Shown: positions 34,672 through 44,704 of the stretch, in pieces
How the letters are laid out: every line of letters starts with the position of its first letter
Position numbering within the stretch: the stretch's first letter is position 1
The notes under the pieces: generated by a model
Database searches by the model: none
The model's input: only the letters and a program-made list of their open reading frames with translations
What the model was told of the DNA's origin: nothing
Assembly (NCBI GenBank): GCA_963750405.1
Contig: CAVVQP010000002.1
Coordinates: 134,134 to 198,133, forward strand
Reading direction: 5' to 3'
Length of the DNA stretch: 64,000 nt
From: an uncultured Actinomycetota bacterium
GTDB taxonomy: Bacteria > Actinomycetota > Actinomycetes > Streptosporangiales > Streptosporangiaceae
Program-made: the position numbers and the translations under genes

Positions 34672-35096
34672 TGAGCGGGACGGTGGCGACGAGGAAGGAC
34701 CACCAGTCATTCTGCGAGACAGAGGGCTGGATGCGGGTGCGCGACGCGCGCGGGCGGACCGGCACTCACCATGTCACTTATGAACTGGATATTCCTGATG
34801 GCGGTGTGCTGCGTACTCGGATCTCACATCCCGTGGACCGCACCGACTACGGGCCGGCCTTGTGGAGCCACATCCTGCGCGACCAGCTTCAGGTGACAGC
34901 GAGCGAATTCTGGGATTGCGTTCACAATGGTGCTCTGCCCGATCGCGGAGTACCGGAGATCCCTCAGGCGGCGCTGCCGGCCGACGTGGTGCATCTGCTG
35001 ATCACCCGGGTCGGGCTGGCTGAAGCGGACGTGGCCGCTATGGACAAGCACGAGGCAATCGCAAGGCTGCAGCGTTACTGGTCGGAGTCGAGCTAG
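34671..35096 (+). CDS. HicA-like toxin with extended C-terminus
   Basis: RKDHQSFCETEGWMRVRDARGRTGTHHVTYELDIPDGGVLRTRISHP resembles the HicA dsRBD-like fold with its conserved His. About 70 extra C-terminal aa follow. Confidence 0.5.
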   Translation: MSGTVATRKDHQSFCETEGWMRVRDARGRTGTHHVTYELDIPDGGVLRTRISHPVDRTDYGPALWSHILRDQLQVTASEFWDCVHNGALPDRGVPEIPQAALPADVVHLLITRVGLAEADVAAMDKHEAIARLQRYWSESS

Positions 35097-35401
35097 CCAG
35101 CGACAACGCTGTCGCGGCCATCGAGCCACAGCTGCCATGGCTCGATCGATTCCACCCGGAGCAGGTCGGCCGCTGCCCACGGATCCTCGCTGAGCCGAGC
35201 CCGGATCTCGGTCTCGCTCGCAGCCGCGATGAGATGCAAGGTCCGGTCGCCGTTGCTCAGCGGACCGCCCACGATGAGGAAGCCAGTCTCGACCAGTCCG
35301 TCCATGAACGCCGCGTGCTCGTCCCAGCCGTCTTGCTCCCTGATGGGCCGCGCGGAGTCCCAGCCTGGCCCGTGCGCCAGCGTCAGTGCGAAGTTAGCCA
35401 T
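35093..35401 (-). CDS. YciI-like protein
   Basis: MANFALTLAHGPGWD...WDEHAAFMDGLVETGFLIVGGPL...DPW is typical of the YCII-related domain. The start is taken at the internal ATG of ORF 35093-35518. Confidence 0.7.
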   Translation of the reverse strand: MANFALTLAHGPGWDSARPIREQDGWDEHAAFMDGLVETGFLIVGGPLSNGDRTLHLIAAASETEIRARLSEDPWAAADLLRVESIEPWQLWLDGRDSVVAG

Positions 35402-35589
35402 GCCCCGCACCGTACCGACGGCTACCGACAGCGCATACGAATACCTCTGAGCGAGTTTCTTCGCGAAGTAAGCGCTCGCCACCTTCAGGGTCTCATTAGT
35501 GCGACCCAGCTTACGCACCCCCGCCTTTCAGTACCGATTGTGCGATCTACCAGGCGTACCGACTCGCGGACGCGGCCGACCGCTTAGCC

Positions 35590-36017
35590 CCGCTGGTCAT
35601 CGCGGGCAGAAAGGCGGCCTCCCCGACCATGGTGTCCACTTGCTGCGGCTCGACCCGGCGCTTGCCGGTCGCGTACGGGTGCTCACTGACGCCGATGATG
35701 CCCAACTCACCTGGCTATATCGGCACTGCGCGTACACTATTTACGGTTCACTGGCCGAGGGCTGGGGCATCCCGATCGATGAGTCGCTCTCCTTTGGTGT
35801 GCCCTGCCTTTGTTCTGGAGAAGCAGGGATGCCGGAGGTAGCGGGGGACGCAGCCGGTTACTTCGATCCCCACGACCCGACGTCACTTCTGTGTCTACTG
35901 CGCCGGGCCAGCGACCCAGAGACACTGACCAGGTGGCGCCAGCGAATCGAGGCCGAGTATCGCCCCATCACCTGGGTCGACGTGGTACAGGCGACCGATG
36001 CATGGATCACGCGGTAG
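35590..36017 (+). pseudogene. Glycosyltransferase family 1 (GT4-type) C-terminal fragment
   Basis: VRVLTDADDAQLTWLYRHCAYTIYGSLAEGWGIPIDESLSFGVPCLCSGEAGMPEVAGDAAGYFDP is the GT-B C-terminal EX7E region. No N-terminal domain is present, and the upstream part is in another frame. Confidence 0.55.
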
Positions 36018-36084
36018 ACGTCCGACTGCGTTGTATGGTTCCTAGGTGCAATCGCGGCGAAGCCCACACCGGTCGACCGGGCAG

Positions 36085-37175
36085 ATGTCGGAGCCGCCTG
36101 GCGGCGGTCCGAGGAAGCGCCGAACCTCTGCCCGTGGCATCCGCATGTTCGCCACCGTCGTCCCGGGCTTGGCCGAACTGGTGGCTCGCGAACTCGATGA
36201 TCTCGACGGGGTCCGCCTCAGCGACTCTGGCCACGACGGCCGGTCGGATCTCGTTCGGTTTGAGGTCGACCGGAGCTCGCGCGAGCGCGTTTGGTCGCTT
36301 CGCAGTGTCGAGGATCTTTTCGTAGAGGTCGGTGAAGCGATCCGATCGGATGGGGACCGGGCAGCTTCCATCGCCGAGCGTCTATGGCGACCAGAGTTCG
36401 TCCAGAAGGCGCTGTCGGTGTGGGCCGAGACCGTCCGGCCACTCGCAAGCAGCATGAGGTTCCGGGTCGTCGCCCGCGTGTTGCAGGAGCGGGCGTTCCT
36501 CCGTACCGACCTGCGAAGCGCGCTGAGCCGGACTATAGCTGCCGACCGTCCGAAGTGGAAAGTCACGGACCCGGGCCAAATTGAGGTGTGGGCCAGCGAG
36601 TACCGGCCCGGGACATTCGTCGCTGGTGTGCGCTTGTCCGACGCCAGCCGGCGCCAGCATGACGGACGGACGATCGAACGGCAGGGGGCGCTCCGTCCGA
36701 CGGTCGCCGCGGCCATGGTGGCGCTTGCCGGCGAACCGGTCGAAGTGCTCCTCGATCCGTGTTGCGGATCCGGCACGATCCTGGCCGAGGCGACTGTCGT
36801 CGGATGGCCCGAAGTCCACGGTGGTGACTTCGATCCTGAAGCTGTCCAGATTGCGGCTACTAACGTTCCGTCGGCGCAAGTCCATCAATGGGACGCCCGG
36901 GAAATCGGCCGCGCCGACGCGACCGTAGACGCGGTTGTCACCAACTTGCCGTTCGGGCGCCAGTTCGATGTGCCTGGCTCGATGACCGCATGGCTGACCC
37001 GAGTACTCGCCGAGTTGGGTCGGGTGGTCAGGCCGGGTGGTCGCGTTGTGGTGCTGGCTCCTGAGATCCCGGCTGCCGCCATCCCGCCGGTCCTCCGGTG
37101 CCGTGCCGGCACCCGCTGCGGCTGCTCGGAACCAGCACTACCTTGTGGGTCTTTGACCGGGACAGTGGCGGTTAA
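36085..37175 (+). CDS. THUMP-domain RNA methyltransferase (UPF0020-type); one frame break
   Basis: It has an N-terminal THUMP-like region, DPCCGSGTILAEA (motif I) and TNLPFG (motif IV). After ~37100 the adjacent frame gives the expected end PLRLLGTSTTLWVFDRDSGG, with a stop at 37173-37175. Confidence 0.75.
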
Positions 37176-37297
37176 CCCAACCAGGTAGTAGCTCAGTCTC
37201 AGATGTTTGATAAAAATTGGCTGGAACTGGCCCTGGCACAGTCCGCAATCGGCGGTCCTTGTTTGAGATTGCCCGATCAACCAGCTTGCATCTGTCG

Positions 37298-37822
37298 ATG
37301 GCCGGTCGCACTCTCGGCCCTGTGAGTAGTGATACGGCAGAAGTAGAAGCGCCACCCGGGATCTCGCTGCGGCGGTGGCGGGTCTTTCCCGGCCACGGCC
37401 GGCAGCTCGGCCTGATGCGGCGGTGGCTGGAGTCGGTGCTACCGGAGGGTCCGGCCCGTGACGACGTCGCGAGCGTCGCGAGCGAGCTGGCCAGCAACGC
37501 GATCCGGCATACCCGAAGCGGAAGAGGAGGTGCGTTCGTCGTGGAGATAGCGGCGACACGCGAGACGGTTCGGGTCGCCGTCACCGACGGCGGGGCCTTG
37601 CAGGAGCCGAGGTTCGTCGAAAATCCCGGCGGCGAGTCTGGCCGGGGCCTGGCCTTAGTGCGCGCTCTCGCGCGCAATACCGGAGTGCGCGGTGACCGCC
37701 GCAGTCGCATGGTCTGGGCGGAGTTGCCCTGGCCGGGCGACGCGATCGTGGGCACACCGAACGACAAGCCCGCTTTTGTGATAGACCATCTATCAGCGTC
37801 GGCCCCGGCATCTGCCGGTTGA
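37298..37822 (+). CDS. HATPase_c-type anti-sigma regulatory factor (RsbW/SpoIIAB-like Ser kinase)
   Basis: VASELASNAIRHTRSGRGGAFVVEIAATRETVRVAVTDGG...GRGLALVRAL corresponds to the N-box and G1/G2 boxes of this family. Confidence 0.65.
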   Translation: MAGRTLGPVSSDTAEVEAPPGISLRRWRVFPGHGRQLGLMRRWLESVLPEGPARDDVASVASELASNAIRHTRSGRGGAFVVEIAATRETVRVAVTDGGALQEPRFVENPGGESGRGLALVRALARNTGVRGDRRSRMVWAELPWPGDAIVGTPNDKPAFVIDHLSASAPASAG

Positions 37823-37894
37823 TGCCGGGGTCGGCGCATTACCTGCGGTGTCAGCTACAGACCGGGCCTTTGATCTCCATGCGGCTAGTCTGCC

Positions 37895-39580
37895 TCAACT
37901 GGACTTGAACGCGTTCACCATGGTGATCAGCATGCTTCTCAGCTTGACGATGTGCCGTCCTGGAGGCAGGTGCAGCGCGGCCGGGTCGATGCGGAAGCTG
38001 ACAGTTCCGGTCGCGCTGGCGTGCAATGTGGTGATCCTCCTGCCGCCGATGAAGACGGCTACCGGATGCAGCGGCAGGAACCCGCGTGCCGTCAGCACGG
38101 TCGTCCCGCCCGCCGGGACGCGGAAGCTGCTCAGCGCGTTCCGGCGGGTGAGCGTGGTCAGTTCCGTCGCCGCCTCGCGCCGGGCGGCCGCGTCCTGGCG
38201 GGCTGCCTGGGTGGCCCTGACCAGGGCGGGAACGAAGGCGTTCGCCCGGATCGTGCCCCAGCCGCTCGCGACGTCGAACCCCTTCGCCGCGGTGAATCCG
38301 CGCACCACGACCTGACCGTCCCTGACCAGCGAGTTGTTGCCGGAGACCACATCGGCGATGCCGTCCTTAAGACCATGCGGGCCGAGCACGGTGTACAGGA
38401 CCGGGTTGATGGGGCCGACGTTCCGGCCATGGTTGAGCTGAGTGGCCAGGGCGAGTATCCCGGCCAGCAGGGGCGTGGACTCTGATGTGCCGTCGGTGGC
38501 GTCGAGCGAGATATCGGGCACGGAGCGGTGCCGCGACTTGGTGATCGAGGCCACGCCGCTCTGATAGCCGGGCCGGGCGAAGTCCGCCGAGAACCCGGCG
38601 CCTTCGCCGTTGGCCTGGTCCTGGGCGGCCAGATTCCACACCGGATCGGAGCCGGCTCGCTTGCCCGTGGCCGTCAGGTTCGGCACGGTGCCGCCGACCG
38701 CCGTCACCCAGGGCGAGTCGTCCCATGCGGCCGACGCCCGGCCGGCCGTGGTGGTCTTGGCGGTGCAGTGGCCGGGGCCGACGGCCAGGTGCTGGGCCGC
38801 GTCGCAGTCGCCGGTGCCGACGAGCATCGGGATGCCGGCCGCGGCGGCCGCCAGTTCGCCCGGGTCCTGGGCGAACACCTCGGGCTTGCCGTCGCTGTAG
38901 GTGCCCTCGCCGGTGTTGTCGCTGATCGAGATCACGTTGGCGAGGTGATGACTGGCCACGAACTCGACGGCCTGCATGAACTCGGGCGGCGCGACCTGGC
39001 TCGCCGCGTCGTCGGACCGCTCGCTGTCGGCCGGGGCGACGACGAGCAGGATCTTGGCGTAGGGCGCCATCAGGTGGACCGACAAGGCGTCGAGCTCGAG
39101 CTCGCCGCCCCAGGCCTTGCACGACCCGTAGCTGCCGAGCTTGACCATGCCTTTCGGGCAGGTGCCGGGAAGGTGGTGGGCACCGGTCGGGAAAATGGTC
39201 TTGACCTGCGCCTTGGGCAAGCCGAATAGCTTGTCGACCTGCGTCATGAACGCGGCTATGCCCGGATCGGACCAGCCTTCGATCAGCGCGACGGTGGTGC
39301 CGGTGCCGTCGATGCCGCGGCGCCACAGGTCGCCGATCTGGTAGTCAAAGACGTCTGGGGCGGCCGGCGAGAAGTTGAGCTTCTTGTAGTTCTTGTGCAT
39401 CAGCGTCAGGGCGCGGGTGAGCACCCTGACGCGCTGGCTCTTGGTAGGGCCGGCCGCTGGCGTCGCGGCCCGGGCGGTGGCGGGGGTAAAGGGCAGTAAG
39501 AGCGGCACTGCCAGAGTCAAGCTAGCCGCGACGCAGCCGTTGCGCCAGATTCGCCAGGTCCGACATGTTTTTCTGTTCAT
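37895..39580 (-). CDS. Secreted S53/S8-clan serine peptidase (sedolisin-like) with C-terminal extension
   Basis: It has a signal peptide (AASLTLAVPLLLPFTPATARA). Other segments are GTTVALIEGW, GTGDCD, WVTAVGGT and the catalytic-Ser box DGTSESTPLLAGILA. Confidence 0.7.
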   Translation of the reverse strand: MNRKTCRTWRIWRNGCVAASLTLAVPLLLPFTPATARAATPAAGPTKSQRVRVLTRALTLMHKNYKKLNFSPAAPDVFDYQIGDLWRRGIDGTGTTVALIEGWSDPGIAAFMTQVDKLFGLPKAQVKTIFPTGAHHLPGTCPKGMVKLGSYGSCKAWGGELELDALSVHLMAPYAKILLVVAPADSERSDDAASQVAPPEFMQAVEFVASHHLANVISISDNTGEGTYSDGKPEVFAQDPGELAAAAAGIPMLVGTGDCDAAQHLAVGPGHCTAKTTTAGRASAAWDDSPWVTAVGGTVPNLTATGKRAGSDPVWNLAAQDQANGEGAGFSADFARPGYQSGVASITKSRHRSVPDISLDATDGTSESTPLLAGILALATQLNHGRNVGPINPVLYTVLGPHGLKDGIADVVSGNNSLVRDGQVVVRGFTAAKGFDVASGWGTIRANAFVPALVRATQAARQDAAARREAATELTTLTRRNALSSFRVPAGGTTVLTARGFLPLHPVAVFIGGRRITTLHASATGTVSFRIDPAALHLPPGRHIVKLRSMLITMVNAFKSS

Positions 39581-39645
39581 GGCGCCTCCTCGATACTTCT
39601 ATTCAGGCTGAGGCACCTCGACCGTTTATATCTGTCAGGCAACGA

Positions 39646-40551
39646 TCAGGGCACAATGGCGCGCCCGGCCTTGTCCCCGGCGGGCCTGTCCTCGCCGGTC
39701 TGGGTCGTGCGCAGGATCGTGGAGCGGCTCAGCAGGAACACGCCTCCCGCCAGCGCTAGCCCCGGCAAGGCGGTCAGCCACAGGAGCGGGCCGTGGTTGA
39801 CCACCTCACCGAATACGACGAGTCCCCAGATCGTGGACACCAGGGGATCGACCAGCGTGATGCCAGGCTGGGACGCGGTCAGCGGTCCGGCCTGATACGC
39901 GTTCTCCAGCAGGAACGCCGACAGCAGGCCGGCGCCGATCGTGGCGTACAGCTCCCACGTGGTGAAGATGGCCGAGATCCCGCCGGAGTTGAACTGGTCG
40001 GCCATGCCCTTGGTATAGGCGGCTGTCAGGCCGTAGCCGAGCCCGGTCGCGACGCCGAGCAGGCTGGCCCGCACGGCCGGCCTGGAGTGCGCCCGCGCGA
40101 CCGCCACCAGCACCGCCAGCGCGCCGATGTTGGCCGCCGACATCGTGATCCACAAGATCGGCGCGATGGCCTTCTCCGGTCCCGGACGCGGCTCGAGCAG
40201 CGCGAGCAGGCCGATCACGCTGGCTGTGAGCGCCGCGATCGCGATCCACTCGCGCGGCCCGATCGGCGTGTGCAGCAGCCAGGCACCGCCGATGATCGTC
40301 ATCGGCAGCTCGAGGACGACCACGAGCTGCACGGACGCAAGCTGGCCAGTGCCGAGCGCCGCCGCTGCCAGCGCGAACGAGACGATCATCATCCCGACGG
40401 CGGCGAGCCAGACCTTCCTGTGCATCAGGTCCGCGATCAGCCGCAGCCGGAACTCGGCTTGGTCCGGCTCGTCCCGCGCGGCCTTGCGATTGAGCACATT
40501 GCCGGTCGCGTTCACCAGGCCAGCGAGGAAGGCCAGCACGTAGCTCAGCAT
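39646..40551 (-). CDS. Polytopic membrane protein (DMT/EamA-like, ~9-10 TM)
   Basis: Hydrophobic periodicity is seen throughout, and the two halves are internally similar. I do not recognise a specific family. Confidence 0.5.
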   Translation of the reverse strand: MLSYVLAFLAGLVNATGNVLNRKAARDEPDQAEFRLRLIADLMHRKVWLAAVGMMIVSFALAAAALGTGQLASVQLVVVLELPMTIIGGAWLLHTPIGPREWIAIAALTASVIGLLALLEPRPGPEKAIAPILWITMSAANIGALAVLVAVARAHSRPAVRASLLGVATGLGYGLTAAYTKGMADQFNSGGISAIFTTWELYATIGAGLLSAFLLENAYQAGPLTASQPGITLVDPLVSTIWGLVVFGEVVNHGPLLWLTALPGLALAGGVFLLSRSTILRTTQTGEDRPAGDKAGRAIVP

Positions 40552-40573
40552 GCTTGCCTAGCGTAATCGTCCG

Positions 40574-41503
40574 CTAACTCGGTGCTGAGGCGGGCAGAGC
40601 AGTGGCGGTCAGTCGCTCAGACTCGGTCCAGAGCCGGGCGGCGACCGCCTGGTCGCGGGCCCGGCGCGGCGGCTGAACGGTTGTCGTCGGGCCCACCAGG
40701 CCCATCATGCCGCGCGGCCCGTAGTAGCCGCCGTTGACCGCGTCCGGACTGGTCGCGGCGTAAAGAAGAGGCTCGGTGCCGGGCTCGACCGCCTGGGACG
40801 GCACGAAGGGGACGCCGTTGGCCATCGTGCGCTTTGGCTTGTCGCGGCCCAGGCTCGCGCCAGCGGTCTGCAGGTTGGTCCGCGTGTAGCCGGGGTGCGC
40901 CGCCGTGGCGAGCAGCGGCCAGCCGCGCTCGGCGGCGACGCCCGCGAGGTGCAGGCTGTGCATCAGGTTGGCGAGCTTGGACTGCGCGTAGGCGAACATC
41001 GGCCGGTAGCGGCGCTGCTCCCATTGCAGGTCGGCGAAGTCGATCTTGCCGAAACTGGCGACGCCACTCGACATGTCGACAATCCGGGGCGCGGGCGCGG
41101 CGAGGATCAGCGGCAGCAACCTGACCGTCAGCGCGAACGGCCCCAGGTAGTTGCTGCCGAACTGCAGCTCAAAGCCGTCGGCGGTGACCATCCGGGTCGG
41201 CGGTGCCATCACGCCCGCGTTGTTGATCAGGACGTCGACCGGCCTGCCGTCGGTGATCAGGCCGTCGGCGAACTCGCTGACCGAGCCGAGGTCGGCCAGG
41301 TCGATGCGGCGCACCTCCAGCTGGCTCTCCGGATGCCGGGCCAGGATCTCGGCCTTGGCGGCCTCGCCCTTGGCGGGCGTCCGCACGGCCATGATGACGT
41401 GGGCGCCTGCCTCGGCGAGCCGGCGAGTCGCCTCCTTGCCGGTGCCGCTATTGGCCCCGGTCACGACGATCAGCTTGCCTGCCTGGTCCGGCACTGTATA
41501 CAT
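40574..41503 (-). CDS. SDR-family oxidoreductase (retinol-dehydrogenase-like)
   Basis: It has the [10 protein letters not shown] cofactor motif, NNAG and YAQSK (YxxxK). Confidence 0.9.
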   Translation of the reverse strand: MYTVPDQAGKLIVVTGANSGTGKEATRRLAEAGAHVIMAVRTPAKGEAAKAEILARHPESQLEVRRIDLADLGSVSEFADGLITDGRPVDVLINNAGVMAPPTRMVTADGFELQFGSNYLGPFALTVRLLPLILAAPAPRIVDMSSGVASFGKIDFADLQWEQRRYRPMFAYAQSKLANLMHSLHLAGVAAERGWPLLATAAHPGYTRTNLQTAGASLGRDKPKRTMANGVPFVPSQAVEPGTEPLLYAATSPDAVNGGYYGPRGMMGLVGPTTTVQPPRRARDQAVAARLWTESERLTATALPASAPS

Positions 41504-41528
41504 AGCTGGGGCTCCTCACGCTGGGCGC

Positions 41529-42773
41529 TCAGCCTAGCCGGGCGCTCTCGTCGGTGACCCACAGGCCGGTTAGCCCGCGCAGATGAGCGATGAACTGGTC
41601 CTGCTCCCGCTCCGGGTACACCGCCCTGACCGTCTGCACCAGCAGGTCGTCGAAGTCGGTGCCCGCGACCCAGTCGAGCACCACGTCGTCGATCGACCGC
41701 AGGCTGGTCGAGCAGAATTCCTCGTAGTGCTCGGTGTCGAAGTAGGCATCGGCGAGCGCGCGGTAGGCCGCCAGTTTCTCGCCGTAGGAGAGCCCTGGAT
41801 TGTCGGCGATCGCGAAATAGCTGTCGGTGTTCAGGTCCAGCTTGGGGCGCCGGCCTGTGACCAGGACGAACACTGACCATTTGACGAGTGCCTTGATAGC
41901 CCAGGGGAAATAATAGTGCAGGCTGGTCAGGGCGACATCAGGGCAGGCATTCGCGTAATCGATCGGATAAATGACATTATCCTTGACCAGGGTCTCGCAG
42001 GAATTGAACTCCCACTTAAAGAACGCGTTGACCAGCCGCCCGATGGTCACGACCTCGGTACCCGCGTCGGGGGACAGGAAATCATGATCCACGGCGTACC
42101 GCTCGTGCATCGGCTTGTCCGGCTGGAACCGCATCACCATCGTCTCCGCGCCGATCGACAGCGACCGGGCGAAGACGTCGTAGTCCTCGACCGACTTCTG
42201 CAGGTGCATCAGCATCTCGCCGCTCTGGTCATAGGCGGCGTGGAGTTCGGCCGGGTTGCGGATGCGCGAGACGCCGCGCCAGGCCCCGCCGTCGTACGGC
42301 TTCATGAAAAGCGGGTAGCCGATCTGCTCGGCGAGGGCATCGAGGTCGAAAGACTGATTGTACTTGGCTGCCGTATAGGCGTACCTGGCGTTGTCGAGCG
42401 GATTCTTGTAGGGCACGAGCACTGTATCCGGCACGTGCAGGCCAAGCCTGATCATCGCGCAGTAGGCGGCGTGCTTCTCCATGCTCTGAAAGGTGAACGG
42501 GCTGTTGAGCAGATACACGCTGTCCATCAGCGCGACTTTCTTGAGCCACTCGCGGGGATGGTAGTACCAGTACGCCAGGCGGTCGATCACTAGCTCATAG
42601 CGCGGGCGCGCGCGAAGGTCGAACGGCTCGATCGTGATCCGCTCGCAGCCGAAACTGTGTTTCGAGCCGTCATCACCGGAGACGGTGCCGATCCGGCGCA
42701 GCAGTTCGCCGAAGGCGCGCGGCCAGTCCTCCTCGGTGCCGAGCAGCAGTCCGATCAGGTGCGAGGTTGTCAT
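41529..42773 (-). CDS. ATP-grasp-like protein (conserved actinobacterial)
   Basis: Intact 414 aa. GYPLFMKPYDGGAWRGVSRI and later acidic motifs fit an ATP-grasp fold. It is clustered with two esterases and a GCS2 ligase. Confidence 0.6.
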   Translation of the reverse strand: MTTSHLIGLLLGTEEDWPRAFGELLRRIGTVSGDDGSKHSFGCERITIEPFDLRARPRYELVIDRLAYWYYHPREWLKKVALMDSVYLLNSPFTFQSMEKHAAYCAMIRLGLHVPDTVLVPYKNPLDNARYAYTAAKYNQSFDLDALAEQIGYPLFMKPYDGGAWRGVSRIRNPAELHAAYDQSGEMLMHLQKSVEDYDVFARSLSIGAETMVMRFQPDKPMHERYAVDHDFLSPDAGTEVVTIGRLVNAFFKWEFNSCETLVKDNVIYPIDYANACPDVALTSLHYYFPWAIKALVKWSVFVLVTGRRPKLDLNTDSYFAIADNPGLSYGEKLAAYRALADAYFDTEHYEEFCSTSLRSIDDVVLDWVAGTDFDDLLVQTVRAVYPEREQDQFIAHLRGLTGLWVTDESARLG

Positions 42774-42785
42774 GGGCCTGCTCCT

Positions 42786-43530
42786 TTAGAAGAACCTCGG
42801 CATGTGATGGCTCGAACTGGGCCCGCCAGGACGGCCAGTCGTGTGGTACGTCATGTCCCCAAAGGTCGAGTTCATGCCTGAGCTGCTTGTCTGCGAGCAA
42901 CGCGGCAAGCTCCTTCGTGCTCGGCAGCGAGCCGGTGGTGTCCTCCCACTGCCCCTGGCCGCAGACGAGGAGCAGGCTGATCCGCCCGCGCAGCCAGTCC
43001 AGGTGCTCGCCGTCCAGGTGGGCGACGTAGTCCATGGGATTGTTGAAGTAGGCGGCGGTGCCGCGCTCGCCCCAGCCGTTCCAGGTCGACGGATCATAGT
43101 TGCCGGAAAAGCACAGGGCCAGCGGGAACAGGTCGGCTCGCTTGAGCGCGAAGTTCGCCGCGTGGAACGCGCCCAGGCTGCACCCGAGGGTCGCGATGTC
43201 GGCGCTGCCGCCGCAATCTTCGGAGATCCACGGCACCACCTGGTCGATGATCCAGGATTCGTAGCTGCCGTGGCGCCTGGCCCGCTCTTCGAGCTCAACG
43301 CTGGAGTCCGACCAGGAGGCGGCGTCGTAGGAATCGACGCAATAGAGCTTCAGCCGCCCGGCGTCCACCAAGTCAGCGATGGCACCAACCATGCCATTAT
43401 TTTCAAAGTCGGAGGCATTTCCCTGCTCGGATGGAAAGACGAGTACTGGCCTGCCCCAGTGGCCGTAGCGGATCACGGTGCCGTCGGCGCCGATAGCACC
43501 GGACCACAGCCTGCTCTCGTGGCGATTCAC
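42786..43530 (-). CDS. Esterase-family (esterase D / putative esterase) protein; one frame break near 42820
   Basis: It has the nucleophile elbow GCSLGAF. The C-terminus HDWPSWRAQ then shifts frame to ...SHHMPRFF, with a stop at 42786. The ORF-track version instead reads through into the next gene. Confidence 0.7.
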
Positions 43531-44651
43531 TGGCCGGCCTGGCCGATCAGGGCTGTCAGGTGCGGGTCGAGCGCGTCCCGCCAGGCGGTGTAGTTGTGCA
43601 TGTCGGGCACCTCGTGCAGGGCGGCGTCGTAGCCGGATCGGGCCAGGGCCGCGGTCAGCAGGCGGTTATTGGCCAGGTTCTCCTCGATGACCCCGCAGGT
43701 CAGGGCGACCGGGATGGGCTTTGGGGGTAGCTTGCCCCGGTGCACCCCGGCGACGAAGGCCGTGATCCGCCGGTAGTAAGGGAAACGCCGCTCGTGGCCG
43801 TCGAATCTTGGCGTGAAGAAGCTGCCGGACTGCAGGAAGAGCGCGTCGAACGCGTCCGGGTAACGGCAGTGCGCGTGCAGCATCGCGAGGGCGCCGAGGC
43901 TGGCGCCCATGCCGATGCGGGCCTTGGTCGCGACCCGGGCCGTGACGGCGGGGATGACGGCCTGGCGGAGCGCCCGCGCGTAGTCGGCATTGGCGCTGTA
44001 CCAGCGATCGCGATCGCCGGGGCCGAGCAGGGCGGCGCGCATCCTGGGCAGCCAGGTACCGGTGACGCCGGCCGCCAGGTACCCGGTCAGGCCGGCCAGC
44101 GAGTCGAACTCGGGGCCATCGTGGGCGATGAGCAGGGGCAGCGGCTCGTCGTCGGGGGCGCCAGCCGGAGACCAGATGCGCACGCCGATCGCCGTGTCGA
44201 GCTGGCGGGCGGGTACCTCGAAGTCGTCGCTGCTGCCCGGCTCGGCCTCGGCGGACAGCCAGGAGGGCGCCTCGTAACCGGCGAACTCGCGCACGCTCTT
44301 GACGCCGAAGGCGCCGGGCGCCTGATGCGGGTTGCCCGGGTCAGGGACGGTCTGGCTGCGGCCATCGGCGTACCGCAGCTCGAGCAGGTACTCCATGCGG
44401 CTGACCGGCGGCCTGGCCAGGGCCAGCTCCCAGTGACCGGCGCGGTAGGAGAAGCCGGGCCGGGCGCCCGCCAGCGGCACGTCGGTGACCAGTCGCACCC
44501 CGGTCAGCTCGCGGCCTGGGTCAGCGACGCGGAAGCGGACCACCTCGGGCTCGGCACTCACGCAGCAATAGTGCCCGCCCGATCCGGCCGTGACAATCCT
44601 TGGACGGCCGTCACCCGGCCGCCGCGATGCTGGCGCGAAGTGCGACGGCAT
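43527..44651 (-). CDS. Esterase-family protein (enterochelin-esterase-like, N-terminal Ig-like domain)
   Basis: It has the elbow GASLGAL and PLLIAHDGPEF. The true start may be the GTG near 44561. It overlaps the downstream esterase by 4 nt. Confidence 0.7.
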   Translation of the reverse strand: MPSHFAPASRRPGDGRPRIVTAGSGGHYCCVSAEPEVVRFRVADPGRELTGVRLVTDVPLAGARPGFSYRAGHWELALARPPVSRMEYLLELRYADGRSQTVPDPGNPHQAPGAFGVKSVREFAGYEAPSWLSAEAEPGSSDDFEVPARQLDTAIGVRIWSPAGAPDDEPLPLLIAHDGPEFDSLAGLTGYLAAGVTGTWLPRMRAALLGPGDRDRWYSANADYARALRQAVIPAVTARVATKARIGMGASLGALAMLHAHCRYPDAFDALFLQSGSFFTPRFDGHERRFPYYRRITAFVAGVHRGKLPPKPIPVALTCGVIEENLANNRLLTAALARSGYDAALHEVPDMHNYTAWRDALDPHLTALIGQAGQ

Positions 44652-44704
44652 GCGACTGTTTACAGGGGACTGGCTGGGGGGAGGCCGGTGGACCGGAGGC
44701 GAGC

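Noticed and set aside
35402-35518. The N-terminal extension of ORF 35093-35518 reads ...NETLKVASAYFAKKLAQRYS, reminiscent of the C-terminus of IS3-family OrfA proteins.
   Set aside because: Only ~20 residues match. No OrfB, frameshift site or inverted repeats are nearby, so this is too little to call a mobile element.
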